From: Pseudomonas aeruginosa
GTDB lineage: Bacteria > Pseudomonadota > Gammaproteobacteria > Pseudomonadales > Pseudomonadaceae
Direction of reading: 5' to 3'
Length of the DNA stretch: 32,000 nt
Assembly: GCF_001457615.1 (NCBI RefSeq)
Contig: NZ_LN831024.1
Location: 4,110,001 to 4,142,000 of the forward strand
In this document: piece after piece, positions 25,986 through 32,000 of the stretch
Position numbering within the stretch: the first letter of the stretch is position 1
Layout of the letters: the number at the start of each line of letters is the position of its first letter
The notes under the pieces: model-generated
The model's input: only the letters and a program-made list of their open reading frames with translations
Database searches by the model: none
Told to the model about the DNA's origin: nothing
Translations under genes and position numbers: made by a program

Positions 25986-27235
25986 GCGCCGACTACGACC
26001 TGCTGATCGTCGGTGCCGGCCCCGCCGGCCTGGCCGCAGCGCTGGCCGCCGCGCCGAGCGGCGCGCGCATCGCCCTGGTCGACGACAACCCGGCCGCCGG
26101 CGGACAGATCTGGCGCGACGGCCCGCGTGCCAGCCTGCCGCCGCGTGCCCATCAGATGCGTCAACGCCTGGCCGGGCAGGCCAATGTCGAGCACTTCCCG
26201 GCGACCCGGGTGGTCGCCTGCGGTCCCGGCAGGCGCCTGTTGCTGGAAGACCCGCAACGTGGCTGGCAGGTCGGCTACCGACGCCTGGTCCTCTGCACCG
26301 GCGCCCGCGAACTGCTGCTGCCTTTTCCCGGCTGGACCCTCCCCGGCGTCACCGGCGCCGGCGGCCTGCAGGCGTTGGCCAAGGGCGGCCTGCCACTGGC
26401 CGGCCAGCGCCTGGTGGTGGCTGGCTCCGGCCCGCTGCTGCTGGCCAGCGCCGCCAGCGCCAGCCAGTGCGGGGCGCGCCTGCTGCGCGTCGCCGAACAG
26501 GCGCCGGCGAGAACCCTGGCCGCCTTCGCCGTACGCCTCCCGCGCTGGCCCGGCAAGCTGTGGCAGGCCGCCGGCCTGTTCGCCCGTAGCTACCGCGCCG
26601 ACAGCTACGTGCTCGCCGCCCTCGGCGAGGAGCGCCTGGAAGCCGTGCGCCTGCGCGAAGGCGGTCGGGTCCGCGAGATCGCCTGCGAACGCCTGGCCTG
26701 CGGCTTCGGCCTGGTGCCCAACGTGCAACTCGGCCAGGCCCTCGGCTATCGCCTCGACGGCCCGGCGCTCGCCGTCGACGAATGGCAGGCCGGCAGCCTG
26801 CCCGACCACTACGCCGCCGGCGAATGCACCGGCTTCGGCGGCAGCGAACTGGCCCTGGTGGAAGGCACCATCGCCGGCCATGCCGCCGTCGACGAGCGCG
26901 ACGCGGCTCGCCGCCTGTGGCCACGACGGCGACGCTGGCAGGGCTTCGCCGACACCCTGGCGCGACACTTCGCCCTGCGTGCCGAACTGCGTCAACTGGC
27001 GGAGGCGGATACCCTGGTCTGCCGTTGCGAAGACGTCCCCTTGGCCGCGCTGGCCGGGCATGCCGGCTGGACCGAGGCCAAGCTGCACAGCCGTTGCGGC
27101 ATGGGCGCCTGCCAGGGGCGGATATGCGGCAGCGCCGCGCAATTCCTGTTCGGCTGGACGCCTCCGGCGCCGCGTCCGCCGTTCAGCCCGGCGCGCCTGG
27201 AGACCCTGGCCCGCTGGCAGGGCGACGCCGGCTAG
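25982..27235 (+). CDS. lhpF: FAD/NAD(P)-binding oxidoreductase subunit (HcnB-like) with C-terminal BFD-like [2Fe-2S] domain
   Basis: 417-aa ORF. Dinucleotide-binding motif DLLIVGAGPAGLAAAL, a second GSGPLLL motif, and C-terminal CRCEDV...CGMGACQGRIC. Confidence 0.85.
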   Translation: MSADYDLLIVGAGPAGLAAALAAAPSGARIALVDDNPAAGGQIWRDGPRASLPPRAHQMRQRLAGQANVEHFPATRVVACGPGRRLLLEDPQRGWQVGYRRLVLCTGARELLLPFPGWTLPGVTGAGGLQALAKGGLPLAGQRLVVAGSGPLLLASAASASQCGARLLRVAEQAPARTLAAFAVRLPRWPGKLWQAAGLFARSYRADSYVLAALGEERLEAVRLREGGRVREIACERLACGFGLVPNVQLGQALGYRLDGPALAVDEWQAGSLPDHYAAGECTGFGGSELALVEGTIAGHAAVDERDAARRLWPRRRRWQGFADTLARHFALRAELRQLAEADTLVCRCEDVPLAALAGHAGWTEAKLHSRCGMGACQGRICGSAAQFLFGWTPPAPRPPFSPARLETLARWQGDAG

Positions 27236-28134
27236 CGACGCTCGGCGCGATACAGCCAGCCGAGGCCGGCCAGCGACAGCAGCAGGCCACCCAGCAGCAT
27301 GGGTGTCAGCGGCTCGGCGAACATCCAGTGCGCCCATAGCAGGGTCAGCGCCGGGCTCAGGTACAGCGCCGCGCTGCCACCCTGTGCGGAAAGATGGCGC
27401 AGGCCCAGCCAGTACAGGCCGTAGCCGCCGAAGGTGGGCAGCAGCACCAGCCAGGCGAGCCCGAACAGGAATCCGCCGGACAGCGGCGGCCGCAGGCTAC
27501 CCTCCGCCAGCGCCAGGCCGGCGAACGCCGGCAGCGCGGCGCCGATCTGCACGAACAGCACCACGGCCAGCGATCCCGGCGCATCGTCCCAGCGCTTCTG
27601 CAACAGGGTGGCCAGGGCCAGCGCCAGCATGCCCAGCAGCGGCAGGCCGTAGGCCCAGCCCGGCGCCCGCCCCAGCGCCAGCGCCGCATGCCCGGCCCAG
27701 AGCACCCCGGCGACGCCCAGGGCGATCCCCGGCCACTGCCCCGGCCGCGTTCGCTGCCCCGGCAGGACCAGCGCCAGCAAGGCCACCAGCAGCGGCAACA
27801 GGTCGGCCATCAGCGCCGCCACGCCCGGCGAGACGCCGAGTTCGATGGCCTTGGCGATCGGCGCGATGTAGCCCGCGTAGGCCAACGCCCCGATCAGCGC
27901 CTGGCGCCGCCACTGGCGCGCCGACAACCGGCGCAGCCCGGCCCAGGCGAAGGGCAGCAGCAGCGCCAGGCAAACGGCGAAGCGCCAGAAGCTGGTGAGG
28001 AACACCGGCGCCTGTTCCATGGCATAGCGGTAGCCGACGAAGCCGGAACTCCAGGCCAGTACCATGCCCAGTTGCACGGCCAGCAGGCGGGTCGCCCCGG
28101 GCATCGCTCGCGGGGTGCAGGTGGTCGCGCGCAT
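27232..28134 (-). CDS. EamA/DMT-superfamily transporter (10-TMS)
   Basis: 300-aa hydrophobic ORF with a duplicated EamA-like architecture. GGAGG SD lies 6 nt upstream of the ATG at 28134. The 3' end overlaps lhpF by 4 nt (CTAG). Confidence 0.8.
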   Translation of the reverse strand: MRATTCTPRAMPGATRLLAVQLGMVLAWSSGFVGYRYAMEQAPVFLTSFWRFAVCLALLLPFAWAGLRRLSARQWRRQALIGALAYAGYIAPIAKAIELGVSPGVAALMADLLPLLVALLALVLPGQRTRPGQWPGIALGVAGVLWAGHAALALGRAPGWAYGLPLLGMLALALATLLQKRWDDAPGSLAVVLFVQIGAALPAFAGLALAEGSLRPPLSGGFLFGLAWLVLLPTFGGYGLYWLGLRHLSAQGGSAALYLSPALTLLWAHWMFAEPLTPMLLGGLLLSLAGLGWLYRAERR

Positions 28135-28233
28135 CGCTCGCCTCCGTCGGTCAGGTTCGAGTCGAGGCTAGGCGGCCTCCGCCGCTACTATCAAACGAAA
28201 CTATCTGCACCAGTCATGCAGGAAATCGGAACC

Positions 28234-29100
28234 ATGAGCGCCAACCTGGATATCGAGCTGCTGCGTACCTTCCATGCCATCCTGCGCTTCGGCCGTTTCC
28301 TCGCCGCGGCCAGCCACCTCAACCGCAGCCCCTCGGCGGTGAGCACCCACGTCCGGCGCCTGGAGGAACTGGCCGGCGGCCGGCTGTTCGAGCGCGACAA
28401 CCAGTCGGTGCGGCTGACCCCGCTGGGGCAGCGGTTCCAGCGCCAGACCGCCGAGCTGCTGGAGACCCACGACCGCGTGCTCGCCGGGTTGCGCAGACGG
28501 GAAGAGCCGCTGCGGGTGCGCTTCGGCATTTCCGAGGAATACGCCGGCAAGCTGCTCGGCCGCCTCCTGCCACGCCTCGGCGCGGAACTGCCGGCGCTGG
28601 AGCTGGAGGTGCTCACCGACGCCAGCGGCAGGCTGGCCGGACGCCTGCGGCGCGGCCAGCTGGACCTCGCCCTGCTGGTGCAAGCGCAAGACGAAACCCC
28701 GTACGACGGGCACTCCCGCGAGATCGGCGGCACCCAGCCGGTGTGGGTCGCCGGCCACGGCCTGCGGATCGATCCGCAACGCCCGCTGCCGCTGGCCCTG
28801 CACGGCCAGGGTTGTCCCTATCGGCAGGCGCTGCTGGAAGCCCTCGGCGCGACGGGCCGGCGCTGGCGCACGGTGGTCAGCAGTCCCGGCGCGGCGGCGC
28901 TGGAAGCGGCCATCGAAGGCGGCCTGGCGATCGGCGTGATCGACCGTGCGCGGGTCGGCCCGACGATGCGCGTGCTGGGGCCGGCGGAGGGCTTCGCCGA
29001 ACTGCCCGCCCACCGCATTCGCCTGGCCTTCGCCCCGGGAGAGCGGCCGCCGGCGCTGGAGCGCCTCGGCGAACTGATCGCCGAGGAGTTCCGGCTCTGA
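28234..29100 (+). CDS. LysR-family transcriptional regulator
   Basis: Internal ATG at 28234 (MSANLDIELLRTFHAILRFGRFLAAASHLNRSPSAVSTHVRRLEE...), followed by a LysR substrate-binding domain. Divergent from the EamA transporter. An alternative start lies at 28216. Confidence 0.88.
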   Translation: MSANLDIELLRTFHAILRFGRFLAAASHLNRSPSAVSTHVRRLEELAGGRLFERDNQSVRLTPLGQRFQRQTAELLETHDRVLAGLRRREEPLRVRFGISEEYAGKLLGRLLPRLGAELPALELEVLTDASGRLAGRLRRGQLDLALLVQAQDETPYDGHSREIGGTQPVWVAGHGLRIDPQRPLPLALHGQGCPYRQALLEALGATGRRWRTVVSSPGAAALEAAIEGGLAIGVIDRARVGPTMRVLGPAEGFAELPAHRIRLAFAPGERPPALERLGELIAEEFRL

Positions 29101-29166
29101 GCCGCTACAGCGCCGGGCGCTAGACCCGCAGGCGGTGGCCGTCTGTCAGTTTCCGGCAGCAGTCGC

Positions 29167-29387
29167 TCACTGCGCGGCGATGCTTTCCCGTTCACGCCAC
29201 TCGCGCAGCAACGCCTGGCGCCGGCGCCGCCCTCGATGTGCGCGCCCTGCTGTCGCAGGATGGCGATATCGCGGTAGAGGGTGCGCAGGCTGATCCCCAG
29301 TTCGCCGGCGAGCACATGCCCGGCCACCGGGTAACGGTGCCGGCGCAGAATCTGCAGCAGGTCGAGCAGGCGCTGGCTACGGGACAG
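29167..29387 (-). pseudogene. remnant of a YafY/DeoR-like (HTH-WYL type) regulator gene: N-terminal HTH only, no ATG
   Basis: The minus strand from 29387 reads LSRSQRLLDLLQILRRHRYPVAGHVLAGELGISLRTLYRDIAILRQQGAHIEGGAGA, a typical YafY N-terminal wHTH. CTG replaces the expected start. After ~57 codons the frame runs as nonsense antisense into the LysR gene. A short C-terminal-looking tail QALLREWRERESIAAQ* lies in another frame (stop 29167-29169). Confidence 0.55.
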
Positions 29388-29396
29388 GGCGCCGAC

Positions 29397-30260
29397 TCAC
29401 AGTTGCTCCAGGCAGTCGCGGGCGTGGTCGTCGAGGGGGACGAAGACCAGCAGGCGATCGCCGTTCTTCGGCGCCGACCACCAGTTGGTCTGCTGCAGTT
29501 CGAATTCGCCGCAGCGCGCATGACGGAAGCGCTTGAGCTGGTTTTCGATACCCATCACCTCGTTGCGCCGCCAGATCTCGCGGAACTCCGCCGAAGCCTC
29601 CAGGCAGCGCTGCAACTGCCGCTCCCACAGCGGATCGCCCATGCGCTCGACCATTGCCGCGCGGAAGAAGCCGACCATCCGCGGCAACGCCTCCTCGCGG
29701 TTGGCCATGCAGTAGCGCCAGCGCTCGTGGGTCAGCGCCAGGTAGATGCAGTTGCGGTCTTCCTCGGGGATCTCCGCCAGGTCGATGCCCACCAGCCGGC
29801 AATAGGCGCGGTTGTAGCCGCGGATGTCGAAACGGGCGTTCTGCACCATGGCCGGCAACGGGTCGAGGGCATCGAGGATGGCCTGGGTGGCGGCCGAGGG
29901 CTTCTCGCAGACCGCCCGCCGCGCCGAGGTCGGCGCGGCCAGCCCGGCGAGGTTGAACAGGTGGTGGGTTTCCGTCTCGTTGCACAGCAGGGCCCGAGCG
30001 ATGGCTCCGATCACCTGCTCCGAAGCGCGTACCGCGCGGCCCTGCTCCAGCCAGGTGTACCAGGTCACGCCGACCCCGGCGAGCTGCGCCACCTCCTCGC
30101 GACGCAGGCCCGGCGTGCGTCGGCGGCCGAGGCGGGAAATGCCGACCCGCTGCGGCTCGATGCTTTCCCGCCGGCGGCGCAGGAAGGCCCCCAGCTGTTC
30201 GGCGCGGGACGGCTGCGCGGGGCTTTCCGCAGCGTGGCTGGCAGGGGCGTCGAGGGGCAT
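29397..30260 (-). CDS. XRE-family HTH regulator with MmyB-like C-terminal domain
   Basis: Internal ATG at 30260 (MPLDAPASHAAESP...) with GGAGGA SD. HTH LRREEVAQLAGVGVTWYTWLEQGR, followed by a ~170-aa domain typical of MmyB-like regulators. Confidence 0.8.
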   Translation of the reverse strand: MPLDAPASHAAESPAQPSRAEQLGAFLRRRRESIEPQRVGISRLGRRRTPGLRREEVAQLAGVGVTWYTWLEQGRAVRASEQVIGAIARALLCNETETHHLFNLAGLAAPTSARRAVCEKPSAATQAILDALDPLPAMVQNARFDIRGYNRAYCRLVGIDLAEIPEEDRNCIYLALTHERWRYCMANREEALPRMVGFFRAAMVERMGDPLWERQLQRCLEASAEFREIWRRNEVMGIENQLKRFRHARCGEFELQQTNWWSAPKNGDRLLVFVPLDDHARDCLEQL

Positions 30261-30296
30261 GGCGAAGTCCTCCGAAGGGCAGACGGGTAGCGCCAA

Positions 30297-30320
30297 TACC
30301 AGGATAAGCAAGAACTGGTA
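30297..30320. promoter_or_regulatory. inverted repeat TACCAG-N12-CTGGTA in the divergent regulator/MFS intergenic region
   Basis: Read directly. It is centred between the XRE/MmyB-like gene start (30260) and the MFS gene start (30380). Confidence 0.35.
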
Positions 30321-30379
30321 CCGGGTTAGCCAGAAGCGCATGCTGCCAGCCCACTCCCTTCCGCACAAGGACTCCGCCC

Positions 30380-31822
30380 ATGCCCAGCACCGTCTCGTCG
30401 TCGCGGCTCGGCCTCGCCGGGCTCTGCATCCTGCTGGCGGGGCAACTGTTGCCGATGATCGATTTCTCCATCGTCAACGTCGCCCTCGACGCCCTCGCCC
30501 ATTCCCTCGGCGCCAGCGAAACCGAACTGGAACTGATCGTCGCCGTCTACGGCGTGGCCTTCGCCGTGTGCCTGGCGATGGGCGGCCGGCTTGGCGACAA
30601 CTACGGCCGTCGCCGCCTGTTCGATCTCGGCGTCGCCCTGTTCGCCGTCGCCTCGTTGCTTTGCGGGCTGGCCGGTTCGGTCTGGCTGCTGTTGGTGGCG
30701 CGCGCCCTGCAGGGCGTCGGCGCGGCGCTGGTCGTGCCGCAGATTCTCGCCACCCTGCATGTCAGCCTCAGCGGCCACGCGCATTCCCGCGCGCTGGCCG
30801 CCTACGGCGCCATCGGCGGCCTGGCCTTCGTCGTCGGCCAGGTGCTCGGCGGCTTCCTGGTCTCCGCCGACATCGGCGGCCTCGGCTGGCGCAGCGTGTT
30901 CCTGATCAACCTGCCGATCTGCCTCGGCATTCTCCTTTGCAGCCGCCGCTGGGTACCGGAGACCCGCGCCGAGCATGCCGCCCGCGTCGACGCGCCGGGC
31001 ACCCTGCTGCTCGCCGCGCTGATCCTCTGCCTGCTGCTGCCGCTGGCTCTCGGCCCATCGCTGCACTGGTCCTGGCCCTGCGCCCTGCTGCTGGCGGCGG
31101 CGGTGCCGCTGCTGGCCTGGCTGTGGCGCACCGAGCTGCGCCAGGAACGCCGCCAGGCCTGGCCGTTGCTGCCGCCGTCGCTGCTGCGCCTGCCGAGCAT
31201 CCGCTTCGGCCTGTTGCTGGCGATCCTGTTCTTCGCCTGCTGGAGCGGCTTCATGTTCGCCCTTGCCCTGGCCCTGCAGGCCGGCGCCGGTCTCTCGCCG
31301 GTGCAGGCCGGCAATGCCTTCATCGCCCTCGGCGCCTCCTACTTCGTCTCGGCGCTGCTCACCGCCCGGGTGGCGGCGCGGATCGGCCCGGTACGCCTGC
31401 TGCTGCTCGGCTGCGTCATCCAGATGTGCGGCCTGCTCGGCCTGATGCTGACCCTGCAACGGGTCTGGCCGCAGCCGGGCATCCTCAACCTGGCGCCGGC
31501 GACCCTGGTGATCGGCTTCGGCCAGGCGTTCATCGTCAGCAGCTTCTTCCGCATCGGCCTCTCGGAGGTGCCGACCGCCCAGGCCGGCGCCGGCAGCGCC
31601 ATGCTCGCCACCGTCCAGCAGGCCTCCCTCGGCCTCGGCTCGGCGCTGCTCGGCGCGGTGTTCGCGCACAGGCTGGAGCGCCATGGCGACTACCTGGAAG
31701 CGACGCAGACGACCCTGGCCGTCGAGTTCGTCCTGATGACGCTGCTGCTCGGCGCCACCTGCCTCTTCTACCTGCGCCGCGTGCGCACGGTGCCATTGCG
31801 CTGCGACTCGCCGGGCAACTGA
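30380..31822 (+). CDS. MFS efflux transporter, DHA2 (EmrB/QacA-like, 14-TMS) family
   Basis: 480-aa hydrophobic ORF. Motif A MGGRLGDNYGRRRLF. AAGGA SD. Confidence 0.85.
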   Translation: MPSTVSSSRLGLAGLCILLAGQLLPMIDFSIVNVALDALAHSLGASETELELIVAVYGVAFAVCLAMGGRLGDNYGRRRLFDLGVALFAVASLLCGLAGSVWLLLVARALQGVGAALVVPQILATLHVSLSGHAHSRALAAYGAIGGLAFVVGQVLGGFLVSADIGGLGWRSVFLINLPICLGILLCSRRWVPETRAEHAARVDAPGTLLLAALILCLLLPLALGPSLHWSWPCALLLAAAVPLLAWLWRTELRQERRQAWPLLPPSLLRLPSIRFGLLLAILFFACWSGFMFALALALQAGAGLSPVQAGNAFIALGASYFVSALLTARVAARIGPVRLLLLGCVIQMCGLLGLMLTLQRVWPQPGILNLAPATLVIGFGQAFIVSSFFRIGLSEVPTAQAGAGSAMLATVQQASLGLGSALLGAVFAHRLERHGDYLEATQTTLAVEFVLMTLLLGATCLFYLRRVRTVPLRCDSPGN

Positions 31823-31827
31823 GGCGC

Positions 31828-31852
31828 GCGGCCGGGCCCTGTTCCCGGCCGC
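31828..31852 (+). terminator. GC-rich hairpin GCGGCCGGG-N7-CCCGGCCGC 6 nt after the MFS stop (possible terminator, no U-tract)
   Basis: Read directly. 9-bp perfect stem with loop CCCTGTT. It is followed by CGGCGCCCCG rather than a T-run. Confidence 0.3.
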
Positions 31853-31863
31853 CGGCGCCCCGT

Positions 31864-32000
31864 ATGCTGGCGCGGTCCCCCAGCCAGGCCTTCGCCCCGA
31901 TGCACGACCTGCTCGCCGCCCCGCCCCCCGCCGACCTCGCCAGCCTGCTGGCCAGCCTGCGCCAGGTCGAGGCGCTGCTCGACGCCATGCCCGGCGTGGT
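31864..32000 (+). CDS. 5' end of an unidentified CDS truncated by the window edge
   Basis: An open frame runs from ATG 31864 (in-frame ATG at 31900: MHDLLAAPPPADLASLLASLRQVEALLDAMPGV...). Every third codon position is G/C, which is a strong coding signature for this genome. Too short to assign a function. Confidence 0.4.
   Translation, partial: MLARSPSQAFAPMHDLLAAPPPADLASLLASLRQVEALLDAMPGV

Noticed and set aside
25508-27998. Long ORFs 25508..27337 (-) and 26013..27998 (+) over lhpF and the EamA gene
   Set aside because: These are Arg/Pro/Ala-rich off-frame or antisense translations. The real genes, with Rossmann and Fe-S motifs and TM helices, occupy the same DNA.
28818-29327. 169-aa minus-strand ORF as an intact small regulator gene
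   Set aside because: Only the first ~37 residues (part of a YafY-type HTH) look protein-like. The rest is antisense to the 3' end of the LysR gene and is compositionally nonsense. It is treated instead as part of a gene remnant.
1-32000. Scan for CRISPR arrays, tRNA/rRNA genes, IS elements, integrases, toxin-antitoxin pairs, defence-island or prophage content
   Set aside because: I saw no regularly spaced direct repeats, no cloverleaf-like or rRNA-like conserved stretches, and no transposase, integrase or phage-structural translations in any frame. GC content is uniform apart from short AT-richer promoter gaps. The window therefore reads as core chromosome rather than an accessory island.

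Overview
High-GC (roughly two-thirds G+C by eye) Pseudomonas-type chromosomal DNA. From memory, gene content and order match the Pseudomonas aeruginosa core segment around PA1261-PA1290 read in reverse orientation; this needs a BLAST check. I support about 31 protein-coding genes, one cobalamin riboswitch, one clear intrinsic terminator and several operator-like palindromes. I saw no rRNA, tRNA, CRISPR array, IS element, integrase or prophage signature. Left third (1-9.5 kb): small regulator/transporter modules, namely TetR, a hypothetical protein, a FadL-family outer-membrane channel, a periplasmic glutathione peroxidase, a MarR-MFS pair, a long acyl-CoA dehydrogenase and a divergent TetR/DHA2-MFS pair. 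Centre (9.5-20.6 kb, minus strand): one tightly packed 11-gene operon, btuB-cobO-cobB-bluB-cbiB-cobD-cobQ-cobU-cobT-cobC-cobS, covering B12 uptake, corrin amidation/adenosylation and nucleotide-loop assembly, preceded by a canonical cobalamin riboswitch. Right third: a FUSC-family membrane protein, then a GntR regulator with the hydroxyproline epimerase/D-hydroxyproline dehydrogenase genes (lhpA-lhpB-lhpE-lhpF), then an EamA transporter with a divergent LysR regulator, then an MmyB-like XRE regulator with a divergent DHA2 MFS pump. I did not find a convincing new multi-gene system; this looks like ordinary core/metabolic DNA. The most unusual items are: (i) a 1-nt frameshift splitting lhpB; (ii) a decayed YafY-type HTH gene remnant; (iii) an unannotated-looking 35-codon membrane-peptide ORF coupled by GTGA to an MFS gene; (iv) a near-identical 14-bp palindrome repeated upstream of marR and its MFS gene. 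The many long antisense or out-of-frame ORFs in the track are high-GC artefacts.
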